Counted from the first letter of the stretch, positions 14,262 through 26,994 are shown. The stretch: DNA of 64,000 nt from Macrostomum hystrix (GCA_950097015.1 CATNEN010000003.1:10044001-10108000), one strand, 5' to 3'. The notes: generated from the letters alone by a model not told the origin. Made by a program: numbers and translations.

Positions 14262-17200
14262 ATGAGCGGCTGTGACCATCCTTGTGCCAAACTGTGTAAG
14301 CTTTGCTCTCATTGCAATTCTGCTGTGCACAGGCTAAGTGCGAATTTTTGTGCAGAATGTGGCCTGAAAGAAAGCTTTGAATATTTTTGTACGCAATGTT
14401 CTTCCTCTTCGTCCGAGTGTCAACATCAACTGATTTACTGGAAGAAAAGATGCGTCGCATGTAAAGACGAGGCTGGAAGTCTTAGCAGCAAGTTTTGCTC
14501 AGAATGCGGCCAGCCTAGTGGCTTTTTTATTTTCTGTACCGCTTGCTGCGCCAATACACAAAATGCAACTGATCTTCTCGCAAAAGCAAAAACTGCTGAG
14601 GTCTTTTTCAATTCAGCGGCTACATGTCTGGCATATACTAACGAACAGGCTGCCGTTAATCTATTGGATCTGTCTGAATCGTCACTACTAGTTGCCCTGC
14701 AAGCTGCCCAATTCAAGTCTCCTCCTCCTGCACCAGTTGCCCTGCAAGCTGCCCAATTGAAGCCTCCTCCTCCTGCACCAGTTGCCCTGCAAACTGCCCA
14801 ATTGAAGCCTCCTCCTCCTGCACCAGTTGCCCTGCAAGCTGCCCAATTGAAGCCTCCTCCTCCTGCACCAGTTGTCCTGCAAGCTGCCCAATTGAAGCCT
14901 CCTCCTCCTGCACCAGTTGCCCTGCAAGCTGCCCAATTGAAGCCTCCTCCTCCTGCACCAGTTGCCCTGCAAACTGCCCAATTGAAGCCTCCTCCTCCTG
15001 CACCAGTTGCCCTGCAAACTGCCCAATTGAAGCCTCCTCCTCCTGCACCAGTTGCCCTGCAAGCTGCCCAATTGAAGCCTCCTCCTCCTGCACCAGTTGC
15101 CCTGCAAGCTGCCCAATTGAAGCCTCCTCCTCCTGCACCAGTTGTCCTGCAAGCTGCCCAATTGAAGCCTCCTCCTCCTGCACCAGTTGTCCTGCAAGCT
15201 GCCCAATTGAAGCCTCCTCCTCCTGCACCAGTTGTCCTGCAAGCTGCCCAATTGAAGCCTCCTCCTCCTGCACCAGTTGCCCTGCAAGCTGCCCAATTGA
15301 AGCCTCCTCCTCCTGCACCAGTTGCCCTGCAAGCTGCCCAATTGAAGCCTCCTCCTCCTGCACCAGTTGCCCTGCAAGCTGCCCAATTGAAGCCTCCTCC
15401 TCCTGCACCAGTTGCCCTGCAAGCTGCCCAATTGAAGCCTCCTCCTCCTGCACCAGTTTTCCTGCAAGCTGCCCAATTGAAGCCTCCTCCTCCTGCACCA
15501 GTTGCCCTGCAAGCTGCCCAATTGAAGCCTCCTCCTCCTGCACCAGTTTTCCTGCAAGCTGCCCAATTGAAGCCTCCTCCTCCTGCACCAGTTTTCCTGC
15601 AAGCTGCCCAATTGAAGCCTCCTCCTCCTGCACCAGTTGCCCTGCAAGCTGCCCAATTGAAGCCTCCTCCTCCTGCACCAGTTTTCCTGCAAGCTGCCCA
15701 ATTGAAGCCTCCTCCTCCTGCACCAGTTGCCCTGCAAGCTGCCCAATTGAAGCCTCCTCCTCCTGCACCAGTTGCCCTGCAAGCTGCCCAATTGAAGCCT
15801 CCTCCTCCTGCACCAGTTGCCCTGCAAGCTGCCCAATTCAAGCCTCCATCTGCACCAGTTGCCCAGCAAGCTGCCAAAGTTCAACCCCGAATTGCACGTT
15901 CAGGTGCAACATCTGTTCAAATCCAGCCCCAATCCAGCATAACTGCTGTCTCACCCGCGCAACCTCAATCTCAAGCGGCAGCTGTTGTCCAAACTGGCAC
16001 AACTGAACAGGCCTCTGTAAGCAGACAAGTACATCCAGCATATGTTTTTATGCAAGCGAATTTTTTGCGTTTTAAAACCTATCGAACAAATCCTAAGAAG
16101 GTTAGAACACATTGCGCTGTTATTTCACAGATTCATTCGGCTTCGGATTTAGATATGTATGAGTATGCTCCAGCAGCTTCTGCAGCTTCTATTGCTTCTG
16201 GAGAGCAGTCTTCTGCAGGCAGAGGTCTTTACAACGCCAGTCGAAAGGGGTAAGGCAGCAACTTTTGGAGTAGTCCTTTATAAATACAGCTTTAGTAATA
16301 TATGAATTGCGTAAGTCTATCTGTACTGCAGAGTATGTCGAACAGACCATCTGCCGTCCTACCATGAGAGCCTACACGAGTGTTGCGTCTGGATTGAAGT
16401 CACGATGCGAGAAATGCTCGGACTTCCAGAGACTGTCACAGCCGATAGCCTAACTAAAATAAGCCGGGAAGTGGACCAGCGTTGGGATTCGGTGCGCCAA
16501 GTTTCCAGGCTTGGTCGCCAATTAGCATTTGAGAACTCTGGCAATGCTGAGCTGCTCGATGAGATCAAGTGCCAGTTACGGCACCTCAAGGAAAGCTATG
16601 CGGGTCTGAAGGAAGCGATAGAGCAGAAATCTGCTCAAAATATGGCGTCACCTACCGTAAGTTGGACACATAATTATGCAAACATTTTTGCTTCATATAC
16701 ACTATAAATTCAGAATCCAGAAGAACGTACCTACTGTTATAACTACGAGAAATGAATGCGTTAAATATTTATGGCCTTAAACTTACTATTTTAAGCGGGT
16801 ATTACTAAATTACACACGCAGGTGCAAAAATAGCTAGTACAGTAGCATAAAGATGTTTTGCAGGCCAATCCGTGGTGCTCACAAGCTGTTTTTCCTGATG
16901 CTTGGCAGCCGTCAGAACATCAGAAGCCGTGGGGCGACCAGTCTGAACAGCCACAGAGTTATGAGTCATATCAAGTCGACTGGCAAAATGATTCACTCCA
17001 ATGGGGCTGCCGAGGCGGATGGCGAGGTCCACATCACCGAGGTCCACATCATCGAGGTCATCATCACCCGGGTGGATGGCGAGGTCATCATCACCCTGGA
17101 GGATGGCGAGGTCATCATCACCCTGGAGGATGGCGAGGTCATCACCACCCTGGAGGATGGCGAGGTCATCACCACCCTGGAGGATGGCGAGGACATCACC

Positions 17201-19582
17201 ACCCTGGAGGATGGCGCGGGCATCATCAACCTGGTCTTGAGTACGGCAGCAGTTTTTACAACGAAAGCGAACGTGTAGACCGTCACGAGCCTCAGGAGCC
17301 GCACTGGTTTCCCCAAGCGGCTCATAATGAGCTGTTGTCGAACGTTGCTGCAACAGTTTTCCGCACTGCAGTGGACACGCCCGAAGCCAATGCAGCCGAG
17401 AAAGATTATTATACTCAATTCAAGCGTTGCAAGTCGCAAATTAAACACACGACGACAGCCTTACTAAGCGAAGCGTCTCGCCAGAATGTGGAGAATAAAA
17501 TTCAAATTTGTACTGCAAACAGCTTCAGCCAATTTTTCGAACAATCTGCCATACAAATGCAACAGAAACAGGCAGAACAAGCTAAGCAGACACAAAATCA
17601 GAGAGTGAGCGAACTGTGCCAGGAAGCTGACAAGCTCAAGGCTAATGTTAGTGAAGTCTCTCGTCTTGGACAGCAGCTCGTGCTGCTCAAGCCAAGGAAC
17701 ACTGATCAAGTTAACAGACATCTCGGCCGGCTAAAAAGAAACTGCGGTGTGCTCAACGAGATTGTAAAGCAGATTCGGGTACGCGATGGGCTGTATATCC
17801 TCTTTTGTCTATCCTGTGTATCTACTCTTTGGCCATTGCACGGCACACCCAAGGGCTATATGTACAGCTGCCAGTCCATGGACTGGCGCCCCATCTAAAA
17901 ATATAACTTATTGCAGTCCACTGAAGCAATAGGAAACTTATTGTCTTGCTCAATGAGACAATTTGCTTTCATTGGGATTCCATTAATAACTCTTGGGTGA
18001 CGTTTCCGAAGCCCAACTACTTGGCTACAACCTCCCATTGTTTAGTATGGGAAGAATACCGCGATTATGTACACTGCCATTGAAACATTCAATAAAAAAT
18101 GTTTCCTTCTGCTGTGACAGCAAATGGAAGACTTAAACTCTGCACTGGCCCCTAGGGCCGTGCTCTGGGATGTGAGCTCACATAAACTCACGTCAAAAGG
18201 TTTAGAGAAGCAGATGCAGAGGGCGCATAGTACAGTGATAGGAATCAAGGATAGAGCAGAGAGAAGGGGGTGGGAGGTTTTACACAGGAGCAGTTGCTTT
18301 TCATCCTGCATTGCCATCGCTGTTGCCATGGCGTTCTCAGCCTCCTTATCGACCGTAGGACTGCCTCTTTGCTGAGCTGTACTGTTCGGCAGGCATCTCT
18401 TCTCTCCCACAAGTTGGTCGTTGGCTCTCGCGCGTCCTTAGCTATCTTTGAATCACTTCACCATGATGAGAAAGTCGTGTACATGGTTATACACACCTGT
18501 GTGAGTGTGCGCCTGCTTAACGTAACGTAACGTATCTGTCTGTGTATCGACATCGTTTGTTGGGGCTGTAGCCTAGTGGATAGGGCGTGGGACTTAAAGG
18601 CCACTGAAACAATGTGTCTTTTAGCAAGACATTTAGATGGGTACCAGCATTAGCTGGGGTAATAAAAAGTGGGTTTGGCGCCCCCCAGTCCATGGACTGA
18701 ACAGCTAGATGCCGCCTTCAGATGCGCCGGGTAATATATGAGGCTGTGCTGTCGACTGGATAACTGGCCCCATAGGGGCAGGTGAATGAAAAAAATAATT
18801 TTAATCGAAAAAATCTGTGCACATCAAAGTCAATATGTAATTTTATTTTTATGTAGGAAAAATGCAAAAGACGCTTCGACTGCGGCCACACAGAGGAACT
18901 GGACTGGCGCACCTCTTGCCGCCGAATCAACAACCAGTTCTGCTCTATCTGTTGGTCCCTGGCCTCCCAGATTCAAACCGAACGACTCGCTAGTGCCAGT
19001 CGAACTGTCCAGGGTGGGATAAAGCGAACCAAGCTGGACGAGAACAATGAAGAGACGGCTCTTGAGTACGTCAAAATCTTGGACAGAGTGGTGCGCTACG
19101 TAAAGCCGGAGCACAGAATGAAAGTTACCGTTCAGAGCATCGAACGCATCGAGAATCCAGTTCTTGATAGGCGACTCTACAACGTTTACAACGAGTTGAT
19201 TAAAAAGGACTGCGTACCTGAACTGCTAATTCACGGCACGTCGGGTGAAAACGCCGAGAGCATTATTAGGGATGGCTTTCGTATCGGAACTCGAGGAATG
19301 TATGGCGCAGGGATCTACTTTGCCACCGACACAACTAAAAGTGCGCAGTACTGCCGAGAAAACGGTCTCAAGTCGCTACTGCTCTGCGAGGTTGTCCTCG
19401 GCAAGACAATGCTGTGCCACTCGCCCAACAATAGTCTGAATTTGGACGGAATAAAAGTAGCAGGTTATGACTCCGTATTTGCTAAGAGAAACTCTAAGCA
19501 AAATGGTGGAGTAGCCAACGATGAGTACATTGTGTACCGTCAAGAACAAGCTACACCAAGATATCTGGTGAAGTTCACGTAA
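14262..19582 (+). CDS. PARP cluster copy 1: 1279-aa multidomain ADP-ribosyltransferase (double zinc ribbon, Pro-rich repeat, spectrin-like helices, GGWRGHHHP repeat, Cys/His motif, H-Y-E PARP catalytic domain)
   Basis: Predicted exons 14262-16016, 16131-16249, 16332-16656, 16864-17778 and 18857-19582. All introns are GT-AG with compatible phases (0,2,0,0), and the total of 3840 nt reads with no internal stop. The C-terminus has LIHGT, GMYGAGIYFATDTTKSAQY, LLLCEVVLG, GYDSV and NDEYIVY. Confidence 0.82.
14691..15870 (+). repeat. Coding 45-bp VNTR (about 26 units) encoding VALQAAQLKPPPPAP
   Basis: Tandem units lie within exon 1 of PARP copy 1. Confidence 0.95.
17014..17235 (+). repeat. Coding 27-bp repeat encoding GGWRGHHHP (7 GGWRG motifs)
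   Basis: Tandem units lie in exon 4 of PARP copy 1. Differences between units are almost all synonymous in this frame. Confidence 0.9.
18561..18712 (+). mobile_element. SINE-like repeat, second family; related pieces at about 17870-17960 (-) and 27825-27960 (+)
   Basis: tRNA A-box-like head GGGGCTGTAGCCTAGTGGATAGGG. Shares TTAGCAAGACA...GGGTACCAGCA...CCCCCCAGTCCATGG with 27825-27960. Confidence 0.55.
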
Positions 19583-22294
19583 ATTCAACGCTATTTTTAC
19601 CTTTAAGAATTTTTTTTCAGCGTTAACGACTTTTTCTACGACTAGAATATTTACGCTCGGCAGACTTCAAAAGTTGCCGCTCTCTAAAAAAAGTTTTTTG
19701 TACTTTTAATGTCAACGTACAAGTTTACAAACGTACGAGCGAACAAAAAAGTTCACAGAATTTTTACTTTTATAGATTGAAATTTCTTTATTAGGGACAG
19801 CTCAGATATCGGGACGCAAAATACAGGTGTTAGTAAAAAGCATTATTATATGGCCATTCATTTAGAGTAATAGCTAGCACCTAATGCTAGCACTAGCCTA
19901 TAGATATTAGCTTTAGAAGTCCATGTCATGCTTAAATTAGGGCAAAACCACCTGGCCATGCTTAAGGAATAGCCATAGCATAATGATGTGCTGGGCTATG
20001 GGTGCACCTACCCTGTTGTTCAACCTATTTTGTGCAAGTTCTCAAGTTTTTTTAAAAGATTTACATATTTTAAGCAGAAATTAAAAAATATTACTTTGGA
20101 AGCAGCTAATCTACTTACAATATCTTGCCTAACTGTTGGATGTGTACCGGTGCGTGTACCGGTAGTCATAATATTCGCGATTTCTATTTTATTAAGTCAA
20201 AGTCGACAGAACTCGTATTGCGCACTGCTTGATATATTTTTCGAATTACGCACAAACCATGTGTTATGTCATATTGTTCTCGGATATCGGCTCATACAAT
20301 ATTTTATTCTGAAAAACTCAGCTACCATCTTACAAATTAGGAATATAGAATAAAATATTTTTGTTTTTTTTCGTCCCCATGTTATAGACGATTATTAATC
20401 GCATAACCACAACGCAACACTTGATTCCGATAAATAACAAACTAATAGCAGTTTGTCGCAAATTGATTACGAAAGGCTTTTTGTATTCCTTGGTTTATTT
20501 GCTTTTTCAAAAACGAATATATAAGTTGTATATTATACGTCGCCATTTATCGTCATATGTCTAATATAAGTGCTAGAAAAATTTGGGCGTTAGTTGCAGA
20601 CTTGAATAACAAAATTTCTCAATAATTTTTTCAGTTTTGGCTAAACGATAGTACGCTTACCTTTTAACGTGATGTACAGATAAAAGGATCTACTATAGGA
20701 GCTTGTGGTAAAATAGAATGAGAGCTGGCACAATGGTCCGTATTCTAGTTTACAAAAAAGCTTAAACCTATATGATACAACTATTGATCGAAACTTCTAG
20801 TGAACAAAACGCGGTGCAGAACGTACTGTAGCTAGATGGCTTTCGAATTTCTGGAAAAAGAAAGACATCTAACCCAGATAGGTTTAGATAGAGAGACACA
20901 GAAATGCCGAGTAATATATTGGGATAGTAAAAACTACGAGAAACATAGCTCAGAATTTTTCTATTACCAATTTATATATGAAATATTATATATATTATTG
21001 CGCTTTCTAATGTAGAAAAGGAAATTCGGTTAAACGAATAATGTTTAGCAGAATCGCCGAAATGTTAGTGCAGTAGTCCTCCAGAAGAAGATCGCTGGCA
21101 AGTTGTCTCTCGATGTTTTTAATTTCGGGGGGCTGTATTGTATATGCATGGATGTAAGGCAGGCCATAGTTCATATAAAATTGACCGTATGTTAGAAATC
21201 TAATCCACGCGAAAAACATTTTATAATTCTTTTCTTTGTTTTAATGCAACGGTTTGTTAAAATGTTGTCAACCTGTACCCGCCAGACTGCTATAAATAGA
21301 ATAGTTTTTGCGAGACGACGAATGCGCTTGGCCCCCGCGTCAGAGCAGGGAAGAATCAAGGAGATTTTTAATTGTGAGTTTTTACAGTGTTTAAAGTCTT
21401 GGTTATTTGTGAGACGAAGTGGAACAAATTGAGGACAAGTGGAAAGATATAATACGAGCTAATACACGTGGTGAATAGGAATATTCGTGGAATAAACATT
21501 TTGGAATAAGTGTTTCAATTTCGTGTTGAATTGGGCAAATTCAGATCCATTTGGAAGCCTTAGTGGACTGGAAAACTTAGATCAGTGCGTATACTGCAAA
21601 TAAACAGGATCAATTTATGGGCGTCAAAGTTTGTTAGATACGCAGGTTTTTTAGTTCCAGTTATACAGAACTCCCGGTTATTCACTATTTCACCAACATC
21701 CAGCCGACTGTAACTTCTCCAAGCTGAGAATCTTATCCGTTGACTTCACAACCATTTTCGATCTTTCCCTGAGATGTGCTCATTCCGGTGCTCATAATTT
21801 TCCTCAGGACCTCAGGGCGGATCCTCAGCAGCTGCGCGGGGCATCTGAATCTCCCGGGGAACGGCTTGGGAGGATCTGCGGCATTGCAATGGTTGGCCCA
21901 GCTGTCTCGTTCGACAGTTTAATAGCCGTACTGCAGCGCCCTGCAGATAGCATATTTTCGATCATTTTCCTCTTGCTTGTTTTGAATATAATTAGAATTT
22001 TTTGAGACCTGGAATGTTCAGCTACAAAAAATAAACCTGACGATGACTTTACCTGATTTGATTTGGTTTAGTAAAACCTTTTTTTGCACGGCTGGTTTAA
22101 TAAAAGTTGTTTCACACATGACAGTAAATAAATCAGTATGTGACTAAAATTTTTTTTTTCTGTGTACATCACATATGTCATTAATATGCTATAGGGATAG
22201 GAAGTATTGTCTTGGACTAAAAGGAACATAAACAGCAGCACCGACAGGATAAGTATGTGAATAGATAAAATTGTCTGACAGTCTTCTCAGGACA

Positions 22295-25200
22295 TCACAA
22301 TGTCGTGAACTTGATCAAGTATCTCGGTGCGGCCTGTCTCGGATCGTACACCACAAACTCGTCATTAAGCACTCCCTGAGTTATTCTAGTGTTTCTAGGA
22401 GCGTACACGGAGTCGTAGCCTTCCGATCGTACAGTTGTCAGGTTTAGATTAGGCCGATGGGAGCGGTACACAAGCGACTTCCCAAGAAGCACATCGCACA
22501 GCAGGATCGATTTGACGCCAGTGTCTCTACTGTACTGAGCACTCTTCGTACTGTCGGTAGCAAAGTAGATCCCAGCGCCGAACATTCCCCTAGAACCGTT
22601 TCGAAAGCCATTGCAAATGATGCTCTCGGCGTTGTCTCGCGTTGTGCCATGAAGAAGCAGCTCCGGTTGACAGTCGCGATGGTGCAAAAGCCTCCGAACA
22701 TCGCGCATTCGTCTCTCCAAAACTGGGTTTTCGATTCGCTCAATATAGCAGATTGTCATGTTGATTCGATGTTCGGGCTTAGTAAATTTCATGATTCGGT
22801 CGTAAGCCTTCCAGTAGTCGGCTGAGGTTTCAGGGTCGGCTTCAGTGAGTTGCTTGCGCAAAATGGTCATTGATTGTAGAAGGCTTCCGCTGCTAATCTG
22901 AAAAATAGGAGAAAGTTGTATACTATAACTAGCTTTTTTTGCCCGTTGTTTTTGGGGCAGAAATTTAAAGCAAAGCAGTAAGCAATTCACGTCTCTGTAT
23001 TGACTTTATAGTGAAGGTCACCATTTATTTATTTACTGCATTAATGAAAAGTGAAGAGTTTGTCTAAGGGCGTTTTAAGTAAAAAATAAGTGAAAAGTTT
23101 GTCCAAACAGCCCCCTCTTGATTACTTCTTTAGAAACATGTCTCTTAGCCACTCCTCTATACAGTCAGTGGCAGATCCAGGAATTTTGTTTTGGGGCGGT
23201 CTATAAGGGGAGCGCCATGAGAATCACAGAGGGGGTGCCAGCGGCCGAAAAAGGGCGCCAGGAGCCAAGATCGGGCGCCAGCGGCTGAAAAACGGGAGCC
23301 AGCGGCTGAAAAAGGGGAGCCAGCGGCTGAAAAAGGGGCGCCAGCGGCTGAAAAAGGGGCGCCAGCGGCTGAAAAAGGGGCGCCAGCGGCCGAAAAGGGG
23401 CGCCAGTGCTGCGACTGGCGCCCCTGGTGGGGGCATCTTATTCCCATGATTAAAATTTAGGGGGGCGACTGCCCCCCCCCTAAATCTGCCTCTGTATACA
23501 GTATGCATGTACACGCGTATGCATAAGGAAAATAGCCATGGCATAACAATAACAATGTCAAAGAAACAAAATTAAACTGTTTCAGAGTTCAGAGTTAGAC
23601 AGGTCAAGGTCAATTCGTGACTACTTTTCTATTAATTGCTTGCGAGTCACCTCAAGGCCTGGGGATACACCACATTCTTCGTTCTTCCCCTTGGTGCGAA
23701 AATGAATAGGCCAGATGGAGTTCCAACACGGGAGCAGGCGACATAAAGCTGCCCATGCGAGAAGCAAGGAGTCTCCAGGTTGATGCCAGCCACCTTCAGC
23801 GACTGTCCCTGAGCCTTGTTAATAGTCATCGCAAAGCACACTCTCACAGGGAACTGCAGTCGCTTGAACTGAAATGGCAGGTCCGTGGGGATAATTGGAA
23901 TCCGGGGAACGAACACAGACTCTCCTCTGCCAGATCCAGTCATTATCGTGGCCTCAATCACGTGTGGGAAGAGCCGCCTGACTATCAGTCTGGTGCCGTT
24001 ACACAGCCTTGGCGCATTCAGGTTGCGGAGGAGCATAATTGGTGCCCCAACTTTCAGCTGCAAGTTGTGCGATGGAGTTCCAGGAGGATCTAGAGAGTTC
24101 AGAAACTCAACAGGATACTCCACAGCGGTGTCATCAGTCAACGTTGTATCAATTGACTTGTAGGTGAAAACTGCACCTGGCAACTCCTGAAGCAGTTGGT
24201 AGTTAATTTCGTTGGCGGCATCATTTCTAGGACACAGAATTGCCCTCTCTGACAGCCAGTCAACGTCAGCATATCGAACCATCAGGTTCGGGTAAACTTT
24301 TGCCTTGAGCTCCTGCACTGACTGCACAATGGTTCCGATTGTAGCGATCGATGACTGCCCATCCTCGGTGCTAATCTCCAGCAGACCATTGCCGATTCGC
24401 AATAGATTGGCAGAGAACTCATGAGCTGTTTCGTCTCCTTGAATTGTAGCTCTCATGTTTGTTCGTAGGTGCAACTTCACAACCGATGGCCACAGGTGAG
24501 ATGATTATAGGCAAGCATTAATCTCATCAGCAGGAGTGCCACGCGGAATCACAGGCAGCGTCTGTCTAAAGTCTCCAGACAGCAGCAGAGTGACACCACC
24601 CATCAGTTGATCGCCAGCCTCTCTCTTTCTTCTATCCCAGGCTGGCTGGAGAGAAATATCGACCGGAGAGCCCTGTGCACTGGGACGCCACCGCACTCAC
24701 CGCACTCAGTCTCAGTGCTGCTTGGGGGCCAGTAGACAGTCTAGGGCAGGGGTCGGCAAACTCCGGCCCGCGGGCCAGATGCGGCCCTCGAAGCTCCCAA
24801 ATCCGGCCCGTTGACCCTTCTGACATCTACAGTGTCCTGTTTCATCTCTCTCGTGTCTAATCTCTCCCGTGTCTAATCTCTCCCGTGTCTAATCTCTCCC
24901 GTGTCTAATCTCTGCCGTGTCTAATCTCTCCCGTGTCTAATCTCTCCCGTGTCTAAATTCTCCCGTGTCTCATCGCTCTCGTATCTAATCTCTCCCGTGT
25001 CTAATCTCTCCCGTGTCTAATCTCTCCCGTGTCTCATCTCTCCCGTGTCTCATCTCTCCCGTGTCTCATCTCTCCCGTGTCTAATCTCTCCCGTGTCTCA
25101 TCTCTCCCGTGTCTCAACTCTCCCGTGTCTAATCTCTCCCGTGTCTAATCTCTCCCGTGTCTAATCTCTCCCGTGTCTCAACTCTCCTGTGTCTAATCTC

Positions 25201-26870
25201 TCCCGTGTCTAATCTCTCCCGTGTCTAATCTCTCCCGTGTCTCAACTCTCCTGTGTCTAATCTCTCCCGTGTCTAATCTCTCCCGTGTCTAATCTCTCCC
25301 GTGTCTAATCTCTCCCGTGTCTCATCTCTCCCGTGTCTAATCTCTCCCGTGTCTAATCTCTCCCGTGTCTCATCTCTCCCGTGTCTAATCTCTCCCGTGT
25401 CTAATCTCTCCCGTGTCTAATCTTTCCCGTGTCTCATCGCTCTCGTATCTAATCTCTCCCGTGTCTAATCTCTCCCGTGTCTAATCACTTCCGTGTCTAA
25501 TCTCTTCCGTGTCTAATCTCTTCCCTGTCTTTTATACAGTCAATGCGGCCCGCTGTCGTCTTTTAGGCTCTCTCTTTGGCCCGCCAGCAAATAAGTTTGC
25601 CTACCCCTGGTCTAGGGGTTTGGGCTGTGTACATTCACGGCTTGAAATACAATGTACAGTCTGGGGCTTCGGCGCCCGGGGAAGGGAGGGGGTGGCTGTA
25701 ATAAAATTTGGCCCGCAGAGTGGCGGAGGGGAGTTGGGGTGGCTGTCCTCGGAAAACAAAAAGTGACTCACTTTGAGATGATGCAGCTTTGCTCTGGATT
25801 GAGTAGAGATGTTCAAAATTGACAGCATTGTTGGAAAACATGTAAAGTGTAAGTGGATCAAATTTGGAGAAAATCTGACAAAGTGGGGCGACGATATGTC
25901 GAATTGAGTGATTTTTTGACGATTTTTGAGCAGTTTTTTGCACTTTTGAGCAGGAAGGAAATGATTTTTCGGGAATTTGAGTAGCCTATTGCACTCAGCG
26001 TAGGTGGTTTTAGGTATGTGCAAAGTTTGGTGCGATTTGGTTGAGCGGTTTCGGCGTCTATAAAGACAAAAGGTTGCACACAGACAGACAGACAGACAGA
26101 CAGAGTTTTCACTTTTATATATATAGATAAGCACCAAGCATTAGACATAAATAATCACATTGTATAAGAGCAGAAAAGTTCTCACAACTCGTGGACCCCT
26201 TATCCCTTGCTAATCCCTAAGCTGAAATCTTTAGGCTGCAATGTAATGTGTGCCTACCCTATTTTTCCATGGCTGTCTTTCCTTTTTTCTCGCCTCGTTT
26301 TTTTCTAGGCCCGTGCGAGCCGCGATTGGCTAGCCCAGGCTGCCAGAATGACGCTCACACCTAGCCAGCCAGGGTTTTATCAGACCCCTTGAGCACGCAT
26401 GATTGGCTGGCCCCGGATAGGCCATGTCTTCTCGGCCGTGTCCGGGAGCAGACACGCCGCCCCTCCCCCGAAGGTTTTTATGCGTAGACCTCAAACCCTG
26501 TGTCCTGTGGTAGTTAGCGCCGCCTGGCCTGAATTCAGCCCTGCTCGCACACTAATAAACGAGGACTCTTGTTCGATTGGCAGACCGTTTTTTCAGAGCG
26601 TCCAACGAAACGATGAGGCACTTTTATTAAGCTTGCAACTGCGCACGTACCGATGATCGATTTCCGGCACCGCCTGATTCAATTGTCCGCCTCAGCGCCT
26701 GCAGTGCAATGTAGAGTGGAAACCAAGCCTTCCTAAGCTTCTGCAGCTGTTTGTGCACTCCTACGGGACAGTCAGCCTCGAGCATCAGGGTGTCTGCTGC
26801 CTCAGCAGCTGATGCCAAACGATGCTGAGTGCTTCGTATGCTCTCGTAGATCACCTCGCAATGAATTTTT
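22295..26870 (-). CDS. PARP cluster copy 2: spectrin-like exon (26870-26651) spliced to an intact H-Y-E PARP exon (22897-22295); 5' part unresolved (candidate exon about 27592-27412)
   Basis: The last exon has LLHGT, GMFGAGIYFATDSTKSAQY, GYDSV and NDEFVVY. The GTACGT donor at 26650 and TTTTTCAG acceptor at 22898 are both phase 0. The 3.75-kb intron contains a Helitron. Confidence 0.75.
23166..23494. mobile_element. hAT-type MITE nested in Helitron copy 1, with an internal 21-bp tandem repeat
   Basis: TIRs CAGTGGCAGAT / ATCTGCCTCTG and 8-bp TSD TATACAGT (23158-23165, 23495-23502). Confidence 0.85.
23647..24615 (-). pseudogene. Truncated Helitron RepHel Pif1-family helicase C-terminal fragment
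   Basis: Motifs [65 protein letters not shown] and [11 protein letters not shown]. Rep domain and Walker A are absent. Confidence 0.9.
24747..25609. mobile_element. hAT-type MITE nested in Helitron copy 1, carrying a 16-bp minisatellite (TCTCTCCCGTGTCTAA)n
   Basis: TIRs CAGGGGTCGGCAAAC / GTTTGCCTACCCCTG and 8-bp TSD GTCTAGGG. The empty site is seen in Helitron copy 2 at 44061-44068. Confidence 0.93.
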
Positions 26871-26994
26871 CTGAATAATTTGTAAATCCCAATTAATAAG
26901 GTAACTATAATTTTGATAGCAAAAGTGCAGTGGGATAACCTTGACGGGGAAAAAGTCCGGCGGGGGGGATTTCCGGCCGACTAATGGGGTATCC

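Larger units (their letters stand above)
22929..26127 (-). mobile_element. Non-autonomous Helitron, copy 1
   Basis: Minus strand reads A|TCTATATATAT...CTAG|T with no TSD. GC hairpin (GCCC-AAAAACAAC-GGGC) near the 3' end, a (GTCT)n tract near the 5' end and a truncated Pif1 helicase. Confidence 0.92.

Noticed and set aside
14435-15884. Three antisense ORFs over the 45-bp repeat
   Set aside because: They are shadows of the in-frame repeat. Only the plus frame connects to domain-like sequence and splice sites.
16805-17448. Alternative-frame ORFs over the GGWRGHHHP repeat
   Set aside because: Unit differences are synonymous in the GGWRGHHHP frame, which supports that frame over the alternatives.
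21010-21560. Possible solo LTR or TE remnant with TATAAA and AATAAA
   Set aside because: No defined ends, TSD or second copy in the window.
25601-26148. ORFs in the Helitron 5' region (also 44034-44563)
   Set aside because: No protein motifs; they overlap the non-coding terminal region and GTCT microsatellite.
26240-26630. LTR-like segment (TGTAAT start, ATTGG boxes, AATAAA)
   Set aside because: No CA terminus with a matching TSD could be found.
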